The notes: generated from the sequence alone by a model not told the origin. 64,000 bases of DNA from the human T2T-CHM13v2.0 reference genome, Homo sapiens (GCF_009914755.1 NC_060928.1), one strand, 5' to 3'; shown: positions 48,312-60,400, counted from the stretch's first letter. Program-made: numbers and translations.

Positions 48312-48585
48312 GGCCTCTTCTTACTCTCTTCTCCAACCTCTCTCTGTCCCTCAACCACTTTCTTCTTTCCACTCTTCAATCTCTCCCTTCTCTTAATTTC
48401 AATTCCTTTCATTTTCTGGGAGAGACAAAGGAGACACGTTTTATCTGTGGACCCAAAACTCTGGCGCCGGTCACGGACTGGGAAGGCAGCCTTCCCTTGG
48501 TGTTCAATCATTGCAGGGATGCCTCTCTGATTATTCACCCACGTTTCAAAGGTGTCAGACCACGCAGGGACGCCTGCCTTGGTCC

Positions 48586-48975
48586 TTCACCCTTAGCGGC
48601 AAGTCCCGCTTTTCTGGGGAAGGGGCAAGTACCCCAACCCCTTCTCTCCTTGTCTCTACCCCTTCTCTGCTTTCCTGGGGAAGGGTCAAGTACCCCTCAA
48701 CCCCTTCTCTTTCACCCTTAGCGGCAAGTCCCACTTTTCTGGGGCAGGGGCAAGTACCCCTCAACCCCTTCTCTTTCACCCTTAGCGGCAAGTCCCACTT
48801 TTCTAGGGGGCAAGAACCCCAATCCCTTATTTCCACACCCCAACCTCGTATCTCTGTGCCCCAATCCCTTATTTCCATGCCCCGACCCCTTATTTCCATG
48901 CCCTGACCCCTTATTTCTGCACCCCATCCCTTATTTCTGCACCCCAACCTCTTATCTCTGTGCCCCAACCCCTTT
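48586..48975 (+). repeat. HERV-H leader tandem repeats: three TTCACCCTTAGCGGCAAGTCCC units, then about 7.5 copies of a roughly 21-bp CCCCAAYCCCTTATTTCYRYR unit
   Basis: Units read directly from the sequence. Confidence 0.9.
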
Positions 48976-49099
48976 TCCCACTTTTCTGGAAGGTAAGAAC
49001 CCCTGAACCCCTTCCCTCCGTTTCTCTACTCTCTCTTTTCTCTAGGCTTGCTTCCTTTACTATAGGCAACCTTCCACCCTCCATTCCTCCTTCTACTCC

Positions 49100-50200
49100 C
49101 TTGGCCTGTGTTCTCAAAAACTTAAAACCTCTTCAAGTCACACCTGACCTAAAACCTAAATGCCTTATTTTCTTCTGCAATGCCGCTTGACCCCAATACA
49201 AACTCGACAGTAGTTCCAAATAGCCAGAAAGTGGCACTTTGAATTTTTCCATCCTGCAAGATCTAAATAATTCTTGTCATAAAACAGGCAAACGGTCTGA
49301 GGTGCCTGACGTCCAGGCATTCTTTTACACATCAGTCCCTTCCTAGTCTCTGTACCCAGTGCAACTCATCCCAAATCTTCCTACTTTCCCTCCCACCTGT
49401 CCCCTCAGTCCCAACGCCAAGTGTCACTGAGTCTTTGTAATCTTCCTTTTCTACAGACCCATCTGACCTCTCCCCTCCTCGCCAGGCCGAGCTAGGTCCC
49501 AATTCTTCCTCAGCCTCCGCCCTCCACCCTATAATCTTTTTATCACCTCCCCTCCTCATACCTGGTCGGGCTTACAGTTTTGTTCTGTGACTAGCCCTCC
49601 CCCACCTGCCCAGCAATTTACTCTTAAAAAGGTGGCTGGAGCCAAAGGCATAGTCAAGGTTAATGTTCCTTTTTCTTTATCCCAAATCAGATGGCGTTTA
49701 GGCTCTTTTTCATCAAATATAAAAATCCAGCCCAGTTCATGACTCGTTTGGCAGCAACCCTGAGACACTTTACAGCCCTAGACCCTAAAAGGTCAAAAGG
49801 CCGTCTTATTCTCAAAATACATTTTATTACCCAATCTGCTCCCGACATTAAATAAAACTCCAAAAATTAAATTCCGGCGCTCAAACCCCACAAAAGGATT
49901 TAATTAACCTTGCCTTCAAGGTGTACAATAATATAAAAAAGTTGCAATTCCTTGCCTCCACTGTGAGACAAACCCCAGCCACTTCTCCAGCACACAAGAA
50001 CTTCCAAAGGCCTGAACCGCAGCGGCCAGGCATTCCTCCAGAACCTCCTCCCACAGGAGCTTGCTACACGTGCCGGAAATCTGGCCACTGGGCCAAGGAA
50101 TGGCCGCAGCCCAGGATTCCTCCTAAGCCATGTCCCATCTGTGTGGGACCCCACTGAAAATCAGATTGTTCAACTCACCTGGCAGCCACTCCCAGAGACC
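49100..50200 (+). pseudogene. gag: HERV-H gag remnant
   Basis: ORF 49921-50157 has a degenerate CCHC knuckle (CYTCRKSGHWAKEW) and a second one cut by a stop (CPICVGPH*). Confidence 0.9.
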
Positions 50201-50336
50201 CTGGAACTCTGGCCCAAGGCTCTCTGACTGACTCCTTCCCAGATCTTCTCGGCTTAGCGGCTGAAGACTGACACTGCCCGATTGCCTCAGAAGCCCCCAG
50301 ACCATCACAAACGCTGAGCTTCCGGTAACTCTCACA

Positions 50337-50620
50337 GTGGAAGGTAAGCCCATCCCCTTCTTAATCAATACGAGGGCTACCCACTCCACGTTACCTTCTT
50401 TTCAAGGGCCTGTTTCCCTTGCCTCCATAACTGTTGTGGGTATTGACGGCCAGGCTTCTAAACCTCTTAAAACTCCCCAACTCTGGTGCCAACTGAGACA
50501 ATACTCTTTTAAGCACTCCTTTTTAGTTATCCCCACCTGCCCAGTTCCCTTATTAGGCTGAGACACTTTAACTAAATTATCTGCTTCCCTGACTATTCCT
50601 GGACTACTGCTGTATCTCAT
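50337..50620 (+). pseudogene. pro: HERV-H protease remnant
   Basis: FLINTRATHS (catalytic DTG lost) ... PTCPVPLLG*. Confidence 0.88.
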
Positions 50621-50714
50621 TGCCGCCCTTCTTCCCAATCCAAAGCCTCCTTTGCGTCCTCCTCTTGTATCCCTCCACCTTAACCCACAAGTATAAGATA
50701 CCTCTACTCCCTCC

Positions 50715-52520
50715 TTGGCAACCGATCATGCACCCCTTACCATCTCGTTAAAACCTAATCACCCTTACCCCACTCAATGCCAATATCCCATCCCGCAACA
50801 CGCTTTAAAAAGATTAAAGCCTGTTATCACTCGCCTGCTACAGCATGGCCTTTTAAAGCCTATAAACTCTCCTTACAATTCCCCCATTTTACCTGTCCTA
50901 AAACCAGACAAGCCTTACAAGTTAGTTCAGGATCTGCTCCTTATCAACCAAATTGTTTTGCCTATACACCCCGTGGTGCCAAACCCATATACTCTCCTAT
51001 CCTCAATACCTGCCTCTACAACCCATTATTCTGTTCTGGATCTCAAACGTGCTTTCTTTACTATTCCTTTGCACCCTTAGTCCCAGCCTCTCTTCACTTT
51101 CACTTGGACTGACCCTGACACCCATCAAGCTCAGCAAATTACCTAGGCTGTACTGCTGCAAAGCTTCACAGACAGACCCCATTACTTCAATCAAGCCCAA
51201 ATTTCTTCCTCATCTGTTACCTATCTCTGCATAATTCTCATAAAAACACACATGCTCTCCCTGCCAATCGTGTCCGACTGATCTCTCAAACCCCAGCACC
51301 TTCTACAAAACAACAACTCCTTTCCTTCCTAGGCATGGTTATCGTGGTCAGAATTCTTACACGAGAGCCAGGACCACACCCTGTAGCCTTTCTGTCCAAA
51401 CAACTTGATCTTACTGTTTTAGCCTAGCCCTCATGTCTGCGTGCAGCGGCTGCCACTGCCTTAATACTTTTAGAGGCCCTCAAAATCACAAACTATGCTC
51501 AACTCACTCTCTACAGTTCTCATAACTTCCAAAATCTATTTTCTTCCTCATACCTGACGCATATACTTTCTGCTTCCCGGCTCCTTCAGCTATACTCACT
51601 CTTTGTTGAGTCTCCCACAATTACCGTTTTTCCTGGCCCAGACTTCATTCCGGCCTCCCACATTGTTCCTGATACCACACCTGACCCCCATGATTGTATC
51701 TCTCTGATCCACCTGACATTCACCCCATTTCTCCAAATTTCCTTCTTTCCTGTTCCTCACCCTGATCACGCTTGATTTATTGATGGCGGTTCCACCAGGC
51801 CTAATTGCCACCCACCAGCAAAGGCAGGTTATGCTATAGTACAAGCCAGTAGCCTGCCTCTTGGAACCTCTCATTTCCTTTCCATCATGGAAATCTATCC
51901 TCAAGGAAATAACTTCTCAGTGTTCCATCTGCTATTCTACTACTCCTCAGGGATTATTCAGGCCCCCTCCCTTCCCTACACATCAAGCTCGAGGATTTGC
52001 CCCACCCAGGACTGGCAAATTAGCTTTACTCAACATGCCCTGAGTCAGATAACTAAAATACCTCTTAGTCTAGGTAGATACTTTCACTGGATAATTAGAG
52101 GCCTTTCCTACAGGGTCTGAGAAGGCCACCGCAGTCATTTCTTCCCTTCTGTCAGACATAATTCCTCAGTTTAGCCTTCCCACCTCAATACAGTCTGATA
52201 ACAGACAAGCCTTTATTAGTCAAATCAGCCAAGCAGTTTTTCAGGCTCTTAGTATTCAGTGAAACATTTATATCCCTTACGGTCCTCCATCTTCAAGAAA
52301 AGTAGAATGGACTAAAGGTCTTTTAAAAACACACCTCACCAAGCTCAGCCACCAACTTAAAAAGGACTGGACAATACTTTTACCACTTTCCCTTCTCAGA
52401 ATTCAGGCTTATCCTCGGAATGCTACAGGGTACAGCCCATTTGAGCTCCTGTAGAGATGCTCCTTTTTATTAGGCCCTAGTCTCATTCCAGACACCAGAC
52501 CAACTTAGACTGTACCCCCA
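50715..52520 (+). pseudogene. pol: HERV-H pol remnant (RT, RNase H and integrase pieces; deleted and multiply stopped)
   Basis: NSPYNSPILPVLKPD...QDL..INQ...PVVPNPYTLL...SVLDLKRAFFTIPLHP; integrase zinc-finger piece ITSQCSICYST. Confidence 0.92.
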
Positions 52521-53085
52521 AAAAAACTTGTCATCCCTACTATCTTCCATCTAGTCATACTCCTATTCACCGTTCTCAACTACTCATACATGCCCTGCTC
52601 TTGTTTACACTGCCGGTTTACACTGTTTTTCCAAGCCATCACAGCTGATATCTCCTGGTGCTATCCCCAAACTGCCACTCTTAACTCTTGAAGTAAATAA
52701 ATAATCTTTGCTGGCAGGACTATGCTGAATCTCCTTAGGCACTCTCTAATCAGATATCCTGAGTCATCCCAATTCTTAGACCTTTTATACCTGTTTTTCT
52801 CCTTCTGTTATTCCATTTAGTTTCTCAATTCATCCAAAACCGTATCCAGGCCATCACCAATCATTCTATACGACAAATGTTTCTTCTAACATCCCCACAA
52901 TATCACCCCTTACCACAAGACCTCCCTTCAGCTTAATCTCTCCCACTCTAGGTTCCCACGCCGCCCCTAATCCCGCTTAAAGCAGCCCTGAGAAACATCA
53001 CCCATTATCTCTCCATACCACCCCCCAAAAATTTTTGCCGCCCCAACACTTCAACACCATTTTGTTTTATTTTTCTTATTAATAT

Positions 53086-53098
53086 AAGAAGGCAGGAA
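53086..53098 (+). other. Polypurine tract
   Basis: AAGAAGGCAGGAA immediately before the TG of the 3' LTR. Confidence 0.85.
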
Positions 53099-53551
53099 TG
53101 TCAGGCCTCTGAGCCCAAGCCAAGCCATCGCATCCCCTGTGACTTGCACGTATATGCCCAGATGGCCTGAAGTAACTGAAGAATCACAAAAGAAGTGAAT
53201 GTGCCCTGCCCCGCCTTAACTGATGACATTCCACCACAGAAGAAGTGTAAATGGCCGGTCCCTGCCTTAAGTGATGACATTACCTTGTGAAAGTCCTTTT
53301 CCTGGCTCATCCTGGCTCAAAAAGCACCCCCACTGAGCACCTTGCGACCCCCACTCCTGCCCGCCAGAGAACAAACCCCCTTTGACTGTAATTTTCCTTT
53401 ACCTACCCAAATCCTATAAAACGGCCCCACCCTTATCTCCCTTCGCTGACTCTCTTTTCAGACTCAGCCCGCCTGCACCCAGGTGAAATAAACAGCCATG
53501 TTGCTCACACAAAGCCTGTTTGGTGGTCTCTTCACACGGACGCGCATGAAA
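53099..53551 (+). promoter_or_regulatory. LTR7: 3' LTR7 (poly(A) signal AATAAA 53487-53492)
   Basis: 453-bp ungapped copy of the 5' LTR with 14 substitutions. Confidence 0.95.
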
Positions 53552-53793
53552 TTTACTATTTTACTTTTTTTATCTTATCATAACTTGAGAATATTCACAA
53601 GAAGCTCCTTCCAGAAAGATGAGTACATTTCCCAATAGTGCTCACTCATCTCTTCGGAGTTTGGGTTTCCCCAACTGGTCTAAATGGTGAAAACATGTGG
53701 CAAAACAGAAACACTGTAGGATGACACTTTAGAGACCAAGTTGTATCACTATGTTATTAAAATGTAAACATTCATCCTACTACAGCCAAACTA

Positions 53794-53873
53794 TTACACT
53801 GGTACAAAAGTTATTGTGGTTTTTGCAATTACTTTTAATGGCAAACATCTCAATTACTTTTGCACCAACCTAA
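53794..53873. mobile_element. MADE1 mariner MITE (80 bp)
   Basis: Palindromic TTACACTGGTACAAAAGTTATTG...CAATTACTTTTGCACCAACCTAA with TA on both sides. Confidence 0.92.
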
Positions 53874-55929
53874 TACCTCACCCTTGGCTGTTCATGGGCC
53901 TCCAAAAAATTTTTTTTAATGAATTTGTGAAATAATAGAATATTTAAATTCATACATTCATATTGCTCATGAAAGTAGGCTATTTTAGTTTTTCAACTCA
54001 GAAAGCTTTTTTTTTTTTCCTATTAAGAAATAGCTACATTAAACTACCACTGGAAAAAAATATATATAACAGAAGCTATGGGATGATGTCACAAATATTC
54101 ATTGTCAAAGTATCAGCTGATCAAGCTAGTCAGCAGTAAACAACTCTCCCACTGATAGCGGCATCAACAGCATTCCATCAAGTGACTAAATGTCTTAGAC
54201 TCAACCATTTCTTCTGGTTTCCTAACCTATTTCTGGCCACATTATTCTTTGAACCATTCAAATGAAATATTGCTATCTCTACCCATCGTACAGAGCAAGC
54301 CATTCTACTCTGTGATTGAGAGTACGTGTCAAAAGACAGCCACTGTGTCAAGATAACCTACCCACTCATCTGCTACAGCATTTGAAATATCAGCACTTCA
54401 GAACCATTTATTTTCATTTCTTTATTTGGTGATCCTTCCACAGTTCCAGCAAATTAAACTGAGTCACACAATAGCAGGCCACATCTATTTTCTTTCCAGG
54501 AGAGATCCAAAACTGTCTCCAATCTCAGCTGTGTTGGAAACTCAAAGACACAAATCCTGAATGGACTTGAAAGGGTGCAGAGGAAGCAGTTAAGTCTGCC
54601 GCAGACAAAGTAGTTAATGTTGTAGGGCAGAGAGTCTGCCTGGAATGATAAATTATTTCTTCTGCTCCTTAAATTCTCTCTACAGTTTATCTTTTTTCTC
54701 TTCAGTCTCTATGCCTGAACTGCTTGCCCTCAACTGTAATTACTTCTCTTGCCCCTTTATGAGTCATAGAAGATTCAGCTAAGTCCACCTTGGAAAATTC
54801 TACTGGAAAGAGAACACCTGATAATGTGATATCTCAGTGAATTACTGTTTCTCTTCCCAGCATTCCTGTCCATATTTGGACTCCGTAGTCGTGGCAGAGT
54901 CATTTTTCTTGTATTAAGAACATAGTAAAATCTTTCGTGTAATACAATTATTCTATGGTTAAATCATTCCTTTCTTAGAAAACTGTCTGCTTAGAAAATG
55001 ATATATTTGATATACTACTTTGGAAAATTTAGGGGCTGTGAGAGATGATTAGCAGGCTTTTCCCTAGCTCATCATGAAAGTGAAAGGGGGAAAAAATTCA
55101 AGAAAAAATGTGCTTGGATGAAGAATTAAACATCCCAGTGGAAATTCTGTAAAGCTCAAGACATACTGACTGATGTTTAACAGGCCCTCACCTACCTCTG
55201 CAAAGGAAAAGGGAAGGAAAAACTGGAGGGAAGCATGCATTTGTTCTGTGATGTGATGCTTGAAAGTCCTACAAAGAGGCCCCTGGGTTCTTTTCCCCTA
55301 CAGTAGCTAAGCTATGAGAGATAGCATCTTTGTAGACTGCTGCTCCTAAATCCATCCGCTTATGGAAGTACCAAGAACTGGGTTCTAAGTGTAGGAATCT
55401 AAAAGGAATACAATAGAGCCTGAATTTCACTAATCTTTTTTCATAGCCAGGGTAGAAATGTTCCACTTCACTTCACACATATTTTCCTTTATTCGTGTGC
55501 TTCCTGGAAGCACTTTGACTACTTAAAATATTAAGAGACCAAGAACCCTTTCAGTCGTCCAAAGCATGCTGTACTCTTTTTTGTTTTATCTCATTTTAGC
55601 AGAACTGCTTCCCCCCAAAAATCTCATCAGATTTTAAATCAAACATATACAAATGGAGGACAGCTCCAGTTAGAGAATAAAGGAACCAAGAAAGAGTTTC
55701 TATGGTATAAAGCTACCTTCAATGAAGAAAGTTAGCACTAGCAATAGGAGAAGATAGACTTCCTTAAGATTGCAGAACACCAAAGTAATGACATTTACAC
55801 ATGCACGTGTGTTAACATGGTGAGAGGCAGATGTGAAGCAATTTTACTACTTCCTGTTTCACCTGATAGGAATTACATTCTTCATTTGAGGCTGTCCAAC
55901 ATCTTTTAATATAATATTCTTATATAGTG

Positions 55930-56428
55930 GATATTTTGCACATTATGAATCCCACCTTCCCAAGGAAAACACAGAACACATGCGTCCTCAGACTCCTTGG
56001 CAGCACATGGCCTAGATTCTACCAATCACACTTGCCCAGATAATCTTAAATTGGTGCAAAAGTAATTGTGGTTTTTTGCCATGAAAGGTAATGGCAAAAA
56101 CTGCAATTGCTTTTGTGCCAACCTATAATATATAGAGATTTAAGAGTGAAACTGTATATAGGGATCTTCCACAAGTGTTTTTGGAGATACGTAGTTCTTC
56201 AGGCTCTGCAGGGGAAGTTCTTCTGGTGCCCAGACAAAATTCTAACAGATGTACCAGTAGTGTTTTCATTAGAGAAGCCTCTGTATTGTGACTGAGTGCT
56301 GAACCTATTGGTGTATCTCTGAAACCTGACTCTGTTCGTGCTGATAATAACCTCTGATAAGAAATTTTTTTTACTTAGATTATTCAGAATAGATTCTATT
56401 GTTTGGAAGTAAGGACATTAACTGATAC
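55930..56428 (+). mobile_element. Old ERVL LTR (LTR33-like) containing a MADE1
   Basis: CAGACTCCTTGGCAGC..CATGGCCTAG..CCAATCA and a 3' end ...TATTGTTTGGAAGTAAG...AACTGATAC. Confidence 0.5.
56046..56126. mobile_element. MADE1 mariner MITE (miR-548-like hairpin)
   Basis: TTGGTGCAAAAGTAATTGTGGTTTTTTGCCAT...ATGGCAAAAACTGCAATTGCTTTTGTGCCAA inverted arms. Confidence 0.92.
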
Positions 56429-56764
56429 GTCATCCCCCAGGATTTTCATTCCCCCTTAGCTGAGCTTTATTTTGATTAAGTATGTAAGCATCTGTCTTTC
56501 CAATGCCTATGTTTTTCAGTGCCTGTATTTACAGTGACAAGAGGCGAAATCATCATCTTCCTCCTTTAATAGAATGACAAAGTTTTGATGAAAGCTGTAC
56601 ACAGTGAGCCAACAGCCATTATTAGTTTGATCTTGGATATTACAACCTGAGACATAATGACCAAAGAATGATGGCAATTAAACCTGTATTAGGTATATGA
56701 ATGCTACAGATTCATTGTAAACAGCCACATATTACCAAGATATCTAGGGGAAAATATCTGAATT

Positions 56765-57338
56765 TGGAGTGTTCCAAAATAACCCCAAAGACCCCTGCCT
56801 CTTAGTACATATACCCACCTATAATTCCTTCCATTTGTGTGTGGCTGGATCCAATGACTTGCTTCTAAGAAATGGAATACAGCAAAAGTGATGAACTACA
56901 CGTCTGAGATTAGGTTATAAAAGTCTGTGACTTCTGTCTTACTTATACTCTCTCTGTCTCTTTTCCTTTGCTTGCTTTAATGAAACAAAGTGCCATATTG
57001 TGAGCTGCCAAATGGGTAGGCTCACTTAGCAAAGAACCAAGGGTGGCTCCTGGCCAATAGCCAGCGAGGAACTGAAACTTTCAGTCCAACAGTTGAGAAA
57101 GAATTGAATCCTGTCAGTAAACCCATGAGCAAGGTTGGAGGTGGATCCTTTCCCAGTGGAGCTTTGAGATAACTGCAGCCCCTATCAACAGCTTTGTTTC
57201 AGCCTTATGAGACCATGAGCCACAGGCACCAGCCTAAGCCACAGCCAGATTCCTGACCCACAGACACTGTGAGCTAAGAAATGTTTTAAGCCACCACATT
57301 TGGGTTTGATTTGTGGTTTGGTAACAGATAACCAATAC
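56765..57338 (+). mobile_element. MaLR solo LTR (MLT1F-like)
   Basis: TGACTTGCTTCTAA...CTGAGATTAGGTTATAAAAG...CAGATTCCTGACCCACAGA.ACTGTGAG...AGATAACCAATAC. Confidence 0.85.
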
Positions 57339-57363
57339 TAAATGAAAAGATTATCTATTGAGA

Positions 57364-57408
57364 GTTGTTTTTTTTTTTTTGTTGTTGTTGTTGTTGTTGT
57401 TGTTGTTT
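57364..57408. repeat. Poly-T/(TTG)n microsatellite
   Basis: Read directly from the sequence. Confidence 0.9.
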
Positions 57409-60400
57409 GCATTAATGAAGGCCTTCAGTAGCATGCTTAATGAAAAATAAGAAGGCTTTGTTTGGCTTTGCTTTTACTGAATGTTGAGTCAGTTTGAGGA
57501 ACTCTGAATACTGCCATGGTGTAGTGTGGCTGAAATGGTAGAAGAAACTCATGGGGAGGAGGAGCCTCTGGGGCGAGGTACTTGCCATTGGAAAAGAAAC
57601 TTTGGGGCAAGAGAAGAAATGCTTATAGGTGATTTGAGGGAAAGATAGTCCAGTAGGCAGTGTGAAATATCTCTTTTCCTCTCTGTGAAACATTTAGTAA
57701 ACTGTACATTCTTCTTTAAAACATTTGGAGTTAAATTTGACTTAGAGAGAAAGTGAGATACTAAGACCTGCTTAGAGCAGCTCACAACTACTGAACTCAG
57801 GTTAAAATAAACTAAGAACCTCCCTTTCATTAGTGAGAGATGATTAAATAAACAAGATGCCTAGTAAGTTCAAGTGGGAAAGAAAAATAAATCAAAGGTA
57901 TCCTTTGAAAAATAAAGTGCATGCATTGGTCATGACAATGTAATCAGGAGCATTTTAGTAGCCAAAGGAAGGAGGTAAATTAATTTGTACTTTCAAAAGG
58001 AGTTATGAGGAATGGCATATTTTAGAGAACAAGCTGCTACCATTTTAAAAGGGCAGGTCATCTGTATAACTCATCCAGTTTTTTAATGGGATTACCTCAG
58101 AAAAATAAAAGGAAGATGGCAAATACTCTCTGGATAACATAGAGACAGTAATATGAATTATAAATCGTTTCTTCATATATTTATTCACAATAAGATCCTA
58201 TAATTGCTAATGGACTCAAGAGAACATCTAGTTTATTTCTTACTGTCTTGGATAAGAATATCCAATTAACTCTGATAGTTATCTTTTAAAACCCCACATA
58301 TCTCTGAAAGGTCATTTTACTATTCTCTATTAGCAAATTTCAGTACCAAGTATATCTGACAAAATACTCAAAATAATTTTTTTATCATCTTTCCCCTTCA
58401 TAATTGAATATCCTACTAGGCAAGACCTGAAATTGATCCTAGAACTGATAACTTTCCCAGAAGAGCCTACTGGTGCTTCTTTGCTATTTGCGATGCTGTA
58501 CATCTCTCCTTGAACTTAAATATCTCCTTCATTTTAACACTCCTCCTACCTAATTTCTAGTTAATTTCATTTTCTCTGCTCATCAGCAGCTTTCATTCTG
58601 CCATTGACACTTATATATACATATATATTTTTAGATTTGTTATTGCTGGGTCTTCATACCAATAGCCAAATGGAGCATTGTGGAATGACTTGAGGATCAA
58701 TTTCAGCTGCATATAATTTATACATTATATTATTATAGTTATAGTTATAATAATATACTTTCTGGTTCCTATATACTTTAGAGTTAAAGCATAGAAAAAT
58801 TAGACTAATGCTATTATTTGGTGTCTCTAGTAGTGCTGCTATAGTTTTTATGCAGCAAGCCTAAAAACATAAGCCAGTGGTTGTTCACAATATTTAGAAC
58901 TATCAAATGTTAGAAAGGGTTCCAGAAACTGAAAGTCTGAAATAGAAGGTTCTATGTGTCTTATATAGAACAATCTTAAAAAAGCAAGTTCGTGAGTGGA
59001 AAAGTGACTTCAGAAATGCTTGATTGAGATTCTTAATTATAGCTCCACTATGCAACTTAACATGCCCAAATTTCAACCTGTTTTAAAGAGAACTCCCATT
59101 TTAAGACGAAATTTTCCTCTTAAATTCGTAGCTACTCTCAGTGGACTACAAATTCCTGAAGCTTAAAACTTCAGAGCTGACTTTGATTTATTTTAATCTT
59201 CTGTGCCTTGTAATCAATATAACATTAATTCTTGATAATTCATATTTTGATATATATTTTAGGTGCTTACTTCTCCTCCTACTGCCACCCAACCCTTACC
59301 AAGTCATTCATTAGCATTTTTCCATTAATTCATTTTGCTGTCTCCATTCTTATCCTCTTTATGATCATTTCGTTTGGACCCTTTCTTGGGTTTAAGCTTC
59401 CTAAGACATTCTTTCATTAGGCTAATCTGCTGGAAAGTTGGAGTAACTTTTGATTTTTTCATTCCCCTCTTTCTTGACAAATCCAGTTAGTTGTTAAGCT
59501 CCATCAATTGTAATTTATACATGAACACCTTTTACCAAGTCATTAGGTTTCGATTTCACACCACACAGCACTCTCAGATCAGTCTTTTCAACTACAGTTA
59601 TAATAATGTAATTTTTCAGCTAATGAACATTTAGTGTATCCCAACATCTGATGTATACAGTGCTTATGCAAAGGAGATGAGGGTCTGAACTTATCTTTTA
59701 GTGTATAGCTTTCACTGCTCCCCATGTAGACTGGAAACTCTACTCAAAACTCTTATTTTTTTCCAACTTTTTCATCTCAGCACTTTTTGCTTGGCTATTT
59801 TTTTCTCCTGGAATGAGCTTCCTTCTAATCTGGGATCTACTTTATTTTTTAATGTCTAGAAAATGTCACCCTTCGTAAAGTGTCTTACTGTCATCTTTAA
59901 AACTTTTTTTCTGAAGTTCCATAAACTTTATTTTTACCATGATATTTTATCTTCTATTATAAATATTTGTGATTAAGTTTTATCTTCCTTATAAGCTCTT
60001 AGTTGTTAAGGTTTCTGTATATTTTAATCTGCCCTCTTTTCATAACGCTTATCATAACACCTTAAACATTACAGATACAAGATAGATTTGACTTTTTGAA
60101 TGAATATTTCATAATGCTTCTCCACTGCCAATAAAGTTATTTCGTTATTTGTAATCTCAAGTCACCTCCTCAACTTTACCTTTTACTCTTCTAGAGAGGT
60201 CTTTGCTACAATTAATAAGGTCTACTTGTTGTTCCCTGTGTTCTCCACTCTTAGTCTTACCTAAAGCTTTGCATGAAACATATGTAAAGCACTAGCTTTA
60301 CATCCTATCTTGTCTCTAGAAGCATTTAATAAGTGGTGGTTAAGAGGAGGATTCCTGGCAGTAAGAAACCTGATAGGGTCAATCTCAAGCCTGCTGCCTG

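Larger units (their letters stand above)
47709..53551 (+). mobile_element. HERV-H: HERV-H provirus, 5843 bp, common pol/env-deleted form, with two LTR7-type LTRs
   Basis: Two 453-bp direct repeats, 5-bp TSD TTTAC (47704-47708 / 53552-53556), His PBS, PPT, and gag zinc knuckle, protease, RT and integrase remnants. Confidence 0.98.

Noticed and set aside
48817-48975. Regular repeat array that might suggest CRISPR
   Set aside because: Tandem units without unique spacers, inside the HERV-H leader of a primate genome.
49921-52520. Functional retroviral Gag/Pro/Pol
   Set aside because: Broken zinc knuckles, protease catalytic Asp lost, many stops and deletions; the longest RT fragment is 121 aa; env is largely absent.
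47709-53551. Naming the locus as a known HERV-H lncRNA (ESRG, LINC-ROR, LINC00678 and so on) or dating it from the 3.1% LTR divergence
   Set aside because: I cannot match the flanks to a named gene from memory, and the asymmetric divergence violates the LTR-clock assumption.
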